This document shows, in pieces, positions 7,603-16,461 of a stretch of 61,433 nucleotides of DNA. Under the pieces are notes generated by a model. That model was not told where the DNA came from. It ran no database searches and worked only from the letters and a program-made list of their open reading frames with translations. Position 1 is the first letter of the stretch. The number at the start of each line of letters is the position of its first letter. Where the stretch lies: the IMG/VR virus record IMGVR_UViG_3300032307_000254, positions 1 through 61,433 of that record. The stretch is one strand, 5' to 3'. A program made the position numbers and the translations under genes. Source of the DNA: a virus (lineage: Duplodnaviria; Caudoviricetes).

Positions 7603-9420
7603 ATGCAAACCCTGACCATCGACTTCGAGACCTACTACGACCGGGCCTTCTCGCTCTCCAAGATGACGACCGAGGAGTATATCCGCAACGAGCTGTTTGA
7701 GGTTATCGGAGTAGCGGTAAAGGTAGGCGACGGTGAGACCCGGTGGTTCTCCGGCACCAAGCGGGACACCGAGAAGTGGCTGGACCAGTTCGACTGGGAG
7801 AACAGCATCGCTGTGGCTCACAATGCCATGTTCGACATGGCCATCCTCAGCTGGCACTTCGGCCTCCGCCCCAAGCGGATTGCTGACACGCTGTCCATGC
7901 TGCGCGCACTGGACGGGCCGGACGCTGGCAATAGCCTCGCCAAGGCTGCCGAGCGGTATGGGCTGGGCGTGAAGGGCGACGAGGTAATCAACGCGCTGGG
8001 CAAAGGGCGGCTGGACTTCACGCCGGAAGAGCTAGGCCGATACGCGCAATACTGCATCAACGACGTCGAGCTTACCCATGAGCTGTTCTGTCGGCTGGCG
8101 GCGGGGTTCCCGACCACCGAGCTGCGGCTGATCGACCTGACCATCCGGATGTTTAGTGAACCCGTCCTCGCTCTCGACACCGCTATCCTAACGGACCACC
8201 TGTCCGAGGTGCAGTATAAGAAGGGGCAGCTGCTGGGTAAGGCGCTCATCTCCAAGGACAACCTGATGAGCAATCCGCAACTGGCCGAGACGCTGCGCTC
8301 GCTGGGTGTCGAGCCGCCCATGAAGGTCAGTCCGACCACGGGCAAGGATACCTACGCCTTCGCCAAGAACGACGAGGACTTCAAGGCGCTGCTGGACCAC
8401 GAGAACCCCATCGTGCAAGCCATCGTCGCTGCGCGGCTGGGCGTTAAGTCTACGCTGGAAGAGACAAGGACCGAGCGGTTCATCCAGATCGCTGAGCGGG
8501 GCACCCTGCCCATCCCCCTACGCTATTATGCGGCACACACGGGGCGCTGGGGTGGTGACGATAAGGTCAACATGCAGAACCTGCCGCGCAAGTCGCCACT
8601 GAAGAAGGCGATACGCGCCCCAGAGGGATACTGCTTCATCGACTGCGATAGCAGTCAGATCGAAGCGCGCACCTTGGCGTGGCTGGCTGGGCAGGACGAC
8701 CTCGTGGCTGCGTTCGATGCTGGCGAGGACGTCTATAAGATCATGGCGAGCGCCATCTACGGGGTGTCAGTCGAGGAAGTGACGGACGACCAGCGTTTCG
8801 TGGGCAAGACCACCATCCTCGGCTGTGGCTACGGTATGGGCGCGGAGAAGTTTCAGGCGCAGCTGAAGACGTTCAACGTCGATATGAAGCTGGTCGAGTG
8901 TAAGCGCATCATTCGGGTCTACCGTGAGACCTACTCCAAGATACCCGAGCTGTGGGATGCAGCGGGGGACGCGCTAGACGCTATGATCGTCAACAAGACG
9001 GCCAAGCTGGGTCGGGAGGGGGTGCTGCTAGTGTGCGGTGTAGAGGGCATCAAGCTGCCCAACGGGCTGCGGCTGCAATACCCGAACCTGCGCTGGGTCA
9101 CAGACAAGGGCAAGTCCGAGATGGTCTACGACCAGAAGAAGGGCCGCGCTGTGCTGACCAGCCGCATCTACGGGGGCAAGTGCGTTGAGAACATCTGCCA
9201 AGCCCTAGCCCGCATCGTGATCGGGGAGCAGATGCTGATGGTCGCACGGCAGCTGCGCGTGGTGATGACGGTGCATGACGCCGTGGGTGCCATCGCACCG
9301 GTCGAGAAAGCTGACGAGGCACGGAGCTTCGTCGAGGCGTGTATGCGCATCCGCCCCAAGTGGGCCGCTGGGCTGCCGCTGAACTGTGAGAGCAAGATGG
9401 GAGCAAGCTATGGAGGATAG
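7603..9420 (+). CDS. DNA polymerase family A with 3'-5' exonuclease
   Basis: ExoI DFET, ExoII HNAMFD, ExoIII YCIND; motif A DSSQIEAR, motif B K-x3-LG-x2-YG, motif C VHD. Confidence 0.95.
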   Translation: MQTLTIDFETYYDRAFSLSKMTTEEYIRNELFEVIGVAVKVGDGETRWFSGTKRDTEKWLDQFDWENSIAVAHNAMFDMAILSWHFGLRPKRIADTLSMLRALDGPDAGNSLAKAAERYGLGVKGDEVINALGKGRLDFTPEELGRYAQYCINDVELTHELFCRLAAGFPTTELRLIDLTIRMFSEPVLALDTAILTDHLSEVQYKKGQLLGKALISKDNLMSNPQLAETLRSLGVEPPMKVSPTTGKDTYAFAKNDEDFKALLDHENPIVQAIVAARLGVKSTLEETRTERFIQIAERGTLPIPLRYYAAHTGRWGGDDKVNMQNLPRKSPLKKAIRAPEGYCFIDCDSSQIEARTLAWLAGQDDLVAAFDAGEDVYKIMASAIYGVSVEEVTDDQRFVGKTTILGCGYGMGAEKFQAQLKTFNVDMKLVECKRIIRVYRETYSKIPELWDAAGDALDAMIVNKTAKLGREGVLLVCGVEGIKLPNGLRLQYPNLRWVTDKGKSEMVYDQKKGRAVLTSRIYGGKCVENICQALARIVIGEQMLMVARQLRVVMTVHDAVGAIAPVEKADEARSFVEACMRIRPKWAAGLPLNCESKMGASYGG

Positions 9421-9775
9421 ACCGGACTGGGCGTTCGGGATTTTCACAGCAGAGGCGATTGAAGCCAAGCGGAAATACTACATGAGCCTACGCACCGAGG
9501 AAGAACGCATCGCTGAGCAGAAGTGCCTAGCGCGGGAGGAGGTCATGTTAAACCGACCGAGACCCGTTAGCCCCCATGCGGAGCCCGAACGCAACCAAGC
9601 CATCTGGAAGGAGCGCAAGGAGCAGGGGACAACTTTTCGGGAATTGGGGGAAAAGCACGGGCTATCTCCAGAACGTATACGGCAGATCGTCGTCGGGATG
9701 GATAGGCGCATAGAGCGGCGGGCCTACTTTGCCGAGTTACGCAAGCAGAAGGAAGGGGCAACCCATGACGGATGA
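9410..9775 (+). CDS. sigma70 region-4-like HTH protein
   Basis: GGGAGCAAGC RBS before ATG 9410; TFRELGEKHGLSPERIRQI. Confidence 0.75.
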   Translation: MEDRPDWAFGIFTAEAIEAKRKYYMSLRTEEERIAEQKCLAREEVMLNRPRPVSPHAEPERNQAIWKERKEQGTTFRELGEKHGLSPERIRQIVVGMDRRIERRAYFAELRKQKEGATHDG

Positions 9776-9980
9776 GAATAAACCAGCGTGTCGGACGTGT
9801 GCCTATTCAGCCGAACACTACCGAATCGAGTGCAGGATAAAACCCCCGGCACCCAACTACAAAACCTACGGGCGGATGTTCCCCGTAGTGGAAGCCCACG
9901 ATTGGTGCGCTAGGTATAAGGCCAAAGAGGCGCAGGCAACAGTGAGCAACCCCAACGAAGAGGATTGGACTGATGACTGA
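9765..9980 (+). CDS. small Cys-rich protein
   Basis: CRTC...C...WC pattern; GGAAGGGGCAAC before ATG. Confidence 0.65.
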   Translation: MTDENKPACRTCAYSAEHYRIECRIKPPAPNYKTYGRMFPVVEAHDWCARYKAKEAQATVSNPNEEDWTDD

Positions 9981-10440
9981 AATCCACCCAGCGGTCGAGC
10001 TGTTGCTCGCCCGTATGAAGAGCCACCCCGAGGAGTTCCCCAGAGGTGGGGGCCGGTGGGCTGGCCTCATCCAAAACATGCAGGAGCTACTGTCGGAGGA
10101 GGAAGTAAGCCTCCTCAAGTCCCACATGCGCACCATCCGCTTGGACGAGTTCCACGCGGACATCATGGACGAGCTGCTCAACGGCCCTGAACGCCGTGCA
10201 GAGGCGGAACGTCAGAGAGCCGAAGGATTGGCGCAGCAGCAAGCGCGCAATGCTGCCGCTGCGGCATTGTCGCAGAAGCAACAAGGCGCGCTTAGGCAAG
10301 CACCATGGGAGCAATACCAAAGCGCTCTCAGCAGCAGCCTTTACGCCGACAGCATTTCCACCCCACCCACCATCAGGATCGGCAGTGAAACGCTGGATGA
10401 GGGGATCATCAAAAACATCAAGAAGGCATTGAAACTATGA
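9973..10440 (+). CDS. hypothetical protein
   Basis: GAGGA RBS; coupled ORF. Confidence 0.75.
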   Translation: MTEIHPAVELLLARMKSHPEEFPRGGGRWAGLIQNMQELLSEEEVSLLKSHMRTIRLDEFHADIMDELLNGPERRAEAERQRAEGLAQQQARNAAAAALSQKQQGALRQAPWEQYQSALSSSLYADSISTPPTIRIGSETLDEGIIKNIKKALKL

Positions 10441-11108
10441 GCGATTACCAATTCACCCAAGACTGGTTCCACTGGGCACCGGAGGTGTGGCAGCACCTCA
10501 CCCCCATGCTGCCGGAGCGGAAGTCGTTCCTTGAGATCGGCTCGTTCGAGGGTCGCAGCGCCGTCTGGATTATCGAGAACATGATGAACCCCGGCGACTG
10601 GATTGACTGCGTTGATACGTGGGAAGGCGGCGAGGAGCATGGCGGCGAGGATATGTACGCCGTGGAAGCCCGGTTTGACCACAACATCATCAAGGCGCTC
10701 GACTGCCAGTCCGCGCAGCACCGTAGCCGTGAGGGTAGCTGGGGCCATACTCGGTTCGCTGGCCCCGGCTCGGACTGGGAAAACAACCGCGTCTACAAGT
10801 ACAAGAGTACGTCTACCGAGTTTCTGGGGCGCAAGCTGGCGGACTGGGTTGACGGTAAGAACCTCTACGACTTCATCTACATCGACGGCAGTCATATCGC
10901 CAAGGACGTGCTGACGGATGCTTGCATGGCATGGCCGCTGCTCAAACCGAACGGCATCATGGCGTTCGACGACTACCTGTGGGGGGACGCACGGGACATT
11001 CTGCACCGTCCCAAGCTGGCGGTGGACGCCTTCTCCAGCATCTTTGCCGAGGAGCTAGAGGTAATCCACACCGGCTACCAGTTCATCGTACGAAAGAGGG
11101 GAGAGTAA
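10437..11108 (+). CDS. class I SAM-dependent methyltransferase (Methyltransf_24-like)
   Basis: LEIGSFEGRS, CVDTW, FIYIDGSH and FDDY motifs. Confidence 0.85.
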   Translation: MSDYQFTQDWFHWAPEVWQHLTPMLPERKSFLEIGSFEGRSAVWIIENMMNPGDWIDCVDTWEGGEEHGGEDMYAVEARFDHNIIKALDCQSAQHRSREGSWGHTRFAGPGSDWENNRVYKYKSTSTEFLGRKLADWVDGKNLYDFIYIDGSHIAKDVLTDACMAWPLLKPNGIMAFDDYLWGDARDILHRPKLAVDAFSSIFAEELEVIHTGYQFIVRKRGE

Positions 11109-11109
11109 C

Positions 11110-11298
11110 ATGTACGCAGAAGGTATCGTGTCCGTGCTGGCCATCATCGCTCCGCTAGGGGTGCTTTGGTTCATGCTCTGGGCACTCGGTAAGATTGGCG
11201 ACCTGAAGAAGACCAACCAGAAGCTCAACGACAAGCTGACGGAGCTGACTGACCGCGACGAGCGCGGTCGTTTTAGGGGTGGGAAGGATAGGAAATGA
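11110..11298 (+). CDS. small membrane-anchored coiled-coil protein
   Basis: N-terminal hydrophobic helix followed by a heptad-like region. Confidence 0.65.
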   Translation: MYAEGIVSVLAIIAPLGVLWFMLWALGKIGDLKKTNQKLNDKLTELTDRDERGRFRGGKDRK

Positions 11299-11327
11299 CC
11301 CACGTGATCGAAGGAAGGAGCAACCCA

Positions 11328-11984
11328 ATGGAAACCAAGAAGCGTAGAAAGCGAAGCCAGACCGCGCAGCGTATCTTCACGCTGCTGAAGAACAACCCGG
11401 ACCTCACTACCCACGAAATCATGAAGGCCCTCCCCGAGCTGCCAGCGACATCGGTCCAGACGGCAGTATCGAGGATGTATCTCAACGGGGAATTGGGGAG
11501 CCGGGGTAAGAAGCCGGTCCCCACAATCGGGGGGTATACGATTTCGTATAGGGCCTACCACGTTAAGTACAACATGCGCCCCAGCGGGAACGTCAAGAAG
11601 AAGGCCAAGCCGCAGCCCACTGCCCCCAACAGTGTGCAGAAGCTGCTTTATAACTGGGTGGAAAAGCCAACTACGCCGCCGCCCCCGCCCCCGCCCCCGC
11701 CTGTGGAAGCACCCAAGGTAGTGGCACCTCATCCCATGGCGAACGTAGCGCCAATCAAACCGGAGCTGGAAGGCCCGGTGACCCCCACTGCCGAACGTGA
11801 GGTTCTGGTGCTGCGCCACCTGTCCGACATCTACAAGGCGCTGAACCTGCTGGCCGAGCAGCAAGAGTCGCTGATCGAAGTGCTCAAGGGTACGCTGGCC
11901 GACCTGTCCGAGACGAAGGAAGCGCTTGATCGGGAGCGGCAGCGCCGCAACTGGTGGGACAAGATTAAGGGGCTGTTCTCATGA
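11328..11984 (+). CDS. winged-HTH-like protein with polyproline linker and coiled coil
   Basis: GGAAGGAGCAAC RBS before ATG 11328; LTTHEI...SVQTAVSRM; run of 9 Pro. Confidence 0.65.
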   Translation: METKKRRKRSQTAQRIFTLLKNNPDLTTHEIMKALPELPATSVQTAVSRMYLNGELGSRGKKPVPTIGGYTISYRAYHVKYNMRPSGNVKKKAKPQPTAPNSVQKLLYNWVEKPTTPPPPPPPPPVEAPKVVAPHPMANVAPIKPELEGPVTPTAEREVLVLRHLSDIYKALNLLAEQQESLIEVLKGTLADLSETKEALDRERQRRNWWDKIKGLFS

Positions 11985-12763
11985 CCGATGAGATCAAGGT
12001 GAAGCCCGTGGAGAAGCGCCCGTCGCTGATGATCGCTACTCCCATGTACGGTGGTATGTGCACCGGGCACTATGTGCAGGGGCTGCTGATGACCATGCAG
12101 AAGATGCGTGAGATCGGCGTCAACGTGGCGTGGTGCCAGATCATGAACGAGAGCCTCATCACCCGTGCTCGCAACGAGCTGGTGCGGGTGTTCCTTGAGA
12201 GCGACCACGACTACCTGATGTTCATCGACGCCGACATCGGCTTCGACGGGGAGGCCATCGCGCAACTGATGCTGGCCGACAAGGACATCGCCTGTGGCAT
12301 CTACCCCAAGAAGGAGGTGAACTGGGATAGCGTGGAGCGCGCTGCACAAGGTGGCAAGCTGACCCAGCTGAAGGACCATGCCGGAGCCTTTGTGTTCAAC
12401 ATGGTTGGCAACGGCAACGCCGAGACCGACGAGACCGGCTGCATCGAGGTGCGGCATGGCGGCACGGGTTTCATGCTCATCAAGCGGGGGGTGTTCGAGC
12501 ACCTCAAGCCCCATGTGCCGACCTATCGGGTGTCGTCGTTCCGGGACCCCTCGACGGGTGAGTACCAGAAGCCGCTGACCCACGAGTTCTTCGCTACCAG
12601 TATAGACGCAACCGGCGCGCTGCTGTCGGAGGACTATCATTTCTGTGAGCTGTGGCGCGACCACGGGGGCAAAATCCATGTGCACCCGTTCATCAAGCTG
12701 GAGCACGTCGGCACCTACGTGTTCGGGGGAGACATCCTCAAGAGCGGTGGCAATCTGAAGTAA
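11981..12763 (+). CDS. glycosyltransferase-like protein (GT-A fold)
   Basis: IATPMYGG, SLITRARN, FIDADI (DxD), GTGFMLI, SEDYHFC, LEHVG. Confidence 0.8.
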   Translation: MTDEIKVKPVEKRPSLMIATPMYGGMCTGHYVQGLLMTMQKMREIGVNVAWCQIMNESLITRARNELVRVFLESDHDYLMFIDADIGFDGEAIAQLMLADKDIACGIYPKKEVNWDSVERAAQGGKLTQLKDHAGAFVFNMVGNGNAETDETGCIEVRHGGTGFMLIKRGVFEHLKPHVPTYRVSSFRDPSTGEYQKPLTHEFFATSIDATGALLSEDYHFCELWRDHGGKIHVHPFIKLEHVGTYVFGGDILKSGGNLK

Positions 12764-12774
12764 GGAGCAAACCA

Positions 12775-13242
12775 ATGAAGAAGACCAAAATTATCCCGAG
12801 CGACTACAAGACCAAGGCCGAGGCCGTTCTGGCCATGCTCAACAAGGGCATGACCTCTGCGGAAATCCGGCAGGTTATGGACGTCAGCGATAGCCACATC
12901 CGCCACCTGCGGGCGCAGATGGCACACAAAACCGAGGAAGCGGAGCAGCCGAAGGTGAAGCCGGAGACGGACGACATCACCGAGGTCCTCGAAGAGCGCG
13001 GAAGTCGGTACGGCCCGTTCGTTAGCCATGCGGCGATCACCCAGCGGTTGAAGACTGTGGCTCACCAGTTTGCAAACGAACGGGGTACGAAGCTCGTCGT
13101 CGATCAGGCCGAGGCACTGGACATGATCTTCCACAAGATCGGGCGCATCCTGAACGGTGACCCCAACTACGCCGATAGCTGGGTGGACATCGCCGGGTAT
13201 GCCAAGCTCGTCGCTGATCGTCTCGAAGGGAAGGTGCGGTGA
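12775..13242 (+). CDS. HTH plus DUF6378-like domain protein
   Basis: AAGGAGCAAACCAATG start; LEERGSRYG...KIGRILNGDP...DSWVDIAGYA. Confidence 0.75.
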   Translation: MKKTKIIPSDYKTKAEAVLAMLNKGMTSAEIRQVMDVSDSHIRHLRAQMAHKTEEAEQPKVKPETDDITEVLEERGSRYGPFVSHAAITQRLKTVAHQFANERGTKLVVDQAEALDMIFHKIGRILNGDPNYADSWVDIAGYAKLVADRLEGKVR

Positions 13243-13448
13243 AACTACCCGAGCGGCTACGGGAGGCCCTAGATGCGACGGGCCTCCCATGGGTTATTGA
13301 GTTAGGGGGAAAGCACTATAAGGTGCGGCTGGCGGGGAAGCTCGTCAGCGTATACCCCAAGGGGAAAGGGCACGAGGCCGACAAGCGCGTCCTCCTCAAC
13401 ACAATAACCCAAGTGCGCCGAGCGGCGCGGGAGCTACAATCCACATGA
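13239..13448 (+). CDS. small protein, possibly HicA-like fold
   Basis: Helix, then GGKHYKV beta-hairpin; coupled ORF. Confidence 0.45.
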   Translation: MKLPERLREALDATGLPWVIELGGKHYKVRLAGKLVSVYPKGKGHEADKRVLLNTITQVRRAARELQST

Positions 13449-14116
13449 CCGCGTGGTCCTACAGCAGCATCAAGACCTTCGACCAGTGTCCGAAGAAGTA
13501 CTTCCACCTCAAGGTTGTGAAGGACGTCAAGGACGATCCGGGCGAGGCCGCTGTCTATGGGACCGAGGTCCACGAGGCCGCTGAGCTATTCGTCAAGGAC
13601 GGCACCCCCATCCCTGAGAAGTTCGCCTTCATGCGCCCCATCGTGGAGCCACTGGCAGCCAAGCAGGGTGAGAAGCTGACCGAGATGAAGCTGGGTCTAC
13701 GCAAGACCGAGGATGGCTACGAGGCTTGCGGCTTCTTCGACAAGGACGTCTGGTACCGGGGCATCGTGGACCTTCTGATTCTCGACGGCGACCGGGCTTG
13801 GATGATCGACTACAAGACCGGCAAGAACGCCAAGTATGCGGACATGAAGCAGCTCGACCTTATGGCTGGTGCGATATTCGTAAAGTACCCGGAGCTGAAG
13901 GTCATCAAGTCGGGGCTGGCCTACGTGGTCAGCCACGAGTTCCCGAAGAAAACCCACGAGCGGAAGAAGCTGAAGCAGTACCTGTCGGTGTTCGACGATC
14001 AGCTAGACCGTTTGGACGCAGCCATGGAAAATGGTATATGGAACGCCCAGACCAGCCCGCTGTGCGGGTGGTGCCCGGTCACCTCGTGCGAACACTGGAA
14101 ACCCCGGAGGAAGTGA
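13445..14116 (+). CDS. PD-(D/E)xK Cas4/RecB-like exonuclease
   Basis: SYSSI...CP, GIVD...IDYKTG, Q-x-x-L, C-terminal CGWC-x5-C. Confidence 0.85.
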   Translation: MTAWSYSSIKTFDQCPKKYFHLKVVKDVKDDPGEAAVYGTEVHEAAELFVKDGTPIPEKFAFMRPIVEPLAAKQGEKLTEMKLGLRKTEDGYEACGFFDKDVWYRGIVDLLILDGDRAWMIDYKTGKNAKYADMKQLDLMAGAIFVKYPELKVIKSGLAYVVSHEFPKKTHERKKLKQYLSVFDDQLDRLDAAMENGIWNAQTSPLCGWCPVTSCEHWKPRRK

Positions 14117-14397
14117 TGGCCCGCAATTACCGCGCCGAGTACGACAAGTACCATGCCAGCCCAGAGCAGAAGAGGAACCGGGCGCAGCGCAACGCTGCCC
14201 GGGCCAAGCTGATGAAGGCGGGCAAGGTCAAGAAGGGCGACGGCAAGGACGTGGCCCACGTGCGGGCCTTTGACAAAGGCGGCAGCAACGGGGATGGACT
14301 GCGGGTCGAAAGCCGCTCCGCCAACCGGTCGTTCAAGCGGGACAACAAGGGCAACCTCGTGAGTGAGACGAGCAAGCGTGAGCGGAAAAAGAAGTAA
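14116..14397 (+). CDS. HNH-endonuclease-like small protein
   Basis: GGAGG RBS, TGATG overlap; DGKDVAH...GGSN...ANRS. Confidence 0.75.
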   Translation: MARNYRAEYDKYHASPEQKRNRAQRNAARAKLMKAGKVKKGDGKDVAHVRAFDKGGSNGDGLRVESRSANRSFKRDNKGNLVSETSKRERKKK

Positions 14398-14418
14398 CTA
14401 CGCGGGTAGGAGCAAACG

Positions 14419-15963
14419 GTGAAGGTTATCAACAACAGAGCCCTCCTTCTGGAGGTGCCCGACCCGTCCGTGGTGACGGACAACATCCACAACAGCGCCG
14501 AGGTGAAGGAAGGCGTACTGGTTAAGTGGGGGCAGACCGAGACGGAAATCCTTGCCAAGCTGGGGTTCGAGGCTCCCTCCCCCATGCTCAAGTCCTACGA
14601 GTGGACGGGTAAGCTGACGCCGTTCGAGCACCAGAAGACCACAGCCTCTTTCCTCTCCATCCGCAGACGCGCCTTCTGCTTCAACGAGCAGGGCACCGGC
14701 AAGACCGCCAGCGTCATCTGGGCAGCCGACTACCTCATGAAGCGCGGGCTGGTGAAGCGTGTGCTGGTGCTGTGCCCCCTGTCGATCATGAAGTCCGCGT
14801 GGCAGCAGGACCTGTTCAAGTTCGCCATGCACCGGTCGTGCAGCGTGGCGCATGGGTCAGCCAAGCAGCGGGAGAAGATCATCAACGCCGGGGCCGAGTT
14901 CGTCGTCATCAACTTCGACGGGCTGGCCATCGTGAAGGACCAGATCATCGCGGGTGGGTTCGACCTGATCGTGGTGGACGAGGCCAACGCGTACAAAAAC
15001 GCGCAGACCAATCGGTGGCGGGTGCTCAACCAGATCACGAAGGCAACCGACCCACGCCTGTGGATGCTCACTGGTACGCCCGCTGCGCAGTCGCCGCTGG
15101 ATGCCTACGGTCTCGCCAAGCTGGCCGACGCGCCGAGCTGCCCTAAGTACTACGGCCAGTACCGCGATCAGGTGATGATGAAGGTCACCCAGTTCAAATG
15201 GGTTCCCCGTCCCGGCTCGCAGGACATCGTGCACCGCATCCTGCAACCGGCCATCCGGTTCGAGAAGAAGGACTGCCTCGACCTGCCAGAGGTTACCCAT
15301 ATCGAGCGAGAGGCACCGCTCACCTCCCAGCAGGCGAAGTATTACGCCCAGCTGAAGAACCAGATGCTCATCGAAGCTGATGGGGAAGAGGTCAGCGCGG
15401 TCAACGCAGCAGCCAAGATCAACAAGCTGCTCCAGATCAGCGGGGGCGCGGTCTACACGGATGAAGGCTCGGTGCTGGAGTTCGACATCTCCAACCGCCT
15501 CAACGTCGTGCTGGAGGTCATCGAGGAAGCCAGCAACAAGGTGCTGGTGTTCATCCCCTTCACCCACACCATCGAGCTGCTCCGTGCCAAGCTGGAGAAG
15601 GAAGGCATCTCGTGCGACGTCATCAACGGGAAGGTGCCGGTCAACCGGCGCTCGGAGATCGTCACGCGGTTCCAGACGGAGCGTGACCCGCACGTGCTGC
15701 TCATCCAGCCACAGGCTGCATCGCATGGGCTTACTCTTACGGCGGCAGACACAATCATCTGGTACGCCCCGGTCACCAGCGTGGAGACCTACCTACAGGC
15801 CAACGCCCGCATCAACCGCCCGGGCCAGAAGAACGCTATGACCATCGTGCACATCAAGGGTAGCGAAGTGGAAAGCCGCCTCTACTCCATGCTGCAAAGC
15901 AACATCGACAACCACGAGAGAATCATTGACCTCTACCGCAGGATGGTGGTGGAAGCAGCGTAA
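14419..15963 (+). CDS. SNF2-family (SF2) helicase
   Basis: EQGTGKT, DEAN, LTGTP, HGLTL and QANARINRPGQ motifs. Confidence 0.9.
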   Translation: MKVINNRALLLEVPDPSVVTDNIHNSAEVKEGVLVKWGQTETEILAKLGFEAPSPMLKSYEWTGKLTPFEHQKTTASFLSIRRRAFCFNEQGTGKTASVIWAADYLMKRGLVKRVLVLCPLSIMKSAWQQDLFKFAMHRSCSVAHGSAKQREKIINAGAEFVVINFDGLAIVKDQIIAGGFDLIVVDEANAYKNAQTNRWRVLNQITKATDPRLWMLTGTPAAQSPLDAYGLAKLADAPSCPKYYGQYRDQVMMKVTQFKWVPRPGSQDIVHRILQPAIRFEKKDCLDLPEVTHIEREAPLTSQQAKYYAQLKNQMLIEADGEEVSAVNAAAKINKLLQISGGAVYTDEGSVLEFDISNRLNVVLEVIEEASNKVLVFIPFTHTIELLRAKLEKEGISCDVINGKVPVNRRSEIVTRFQTERDPHVLLIQPQAASHGLTLTAADTIIWYAPVTSVETYLQANARINRPGQKNAMTIVHIKGSEVESRLYSMLQSNIDNHERIIDLYRRMVVEAA

Positions 15964-15986
15964 GGCGAAGAGCGCCCTACCCCCGC

Positions 15987-16015
15987 TTGACAATGTATAA
16001 TGTAATAAATATAGG
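15987..16015 (+). promoter_or_regulatory. sigma70-type promoter
   Basis: TTGACA 15987-15992, 17-nt AT-rich spacer, TATAGG 16010-16015. Confidence 0.7.
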
Positions 16016-16051
16016 GGTATCTGCGGCGCGAGCCGCATGAAGGAGCAAACC

Positions 16052-16456
16052 ATGTCAGATCAACAGTCGATTGCCGACCTCGTGGCTGTGTATCGCAAGC
16101 TGCGGGGTGCCCTCACGGAGGCAGAGGAAGCCTACGAGGCCAAGGTCAAAACCCTCAAGGACCAGCTGGAGCTGGTGTCCGCTGAACTCCTCAACTTCTG
16201 CAACGAGCAGAACCTCGACAGCGTGAAAACGCCAGCAGGAACCATCTCTCGGCGCGTTCAGACCCGGTACTGGACGACCGACTGGGACCAGATGAACAAC
16301 TTCATCATCGAGCACAACGCTCTGCACCTGCTGGAGAAGCGCATCCACAACACCAACATGAAGCAGTTTTTGGAGGATAACCCGGACGCCCTCCCCATCG
16401 GCCTTCAGGTCGATAACAAGTACGTCATCCAAGTCCGCAAACCGAGCGAGAAGTAA
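16052..16456 (+). CDS. conserved phage replication-region protein (coiled coil plus KTPAGT motif)
   Basis: GAAGGAGCAAACCATG start. Confidence 0.75.
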   Translation: MSDQQSIADLVAVYRKLRGALTEAEEAYEAKVKTLKDQLELVSAELLNFCNEQNLDSVKTPAGTISRRVQTRYWTTDWDQMNNFIIEHNALHLLEKRIHNTNMKQFLEDNPDALPIGLQVDNKYVIQVRKPSEK

Positions 16457-16461
16457 GAACC

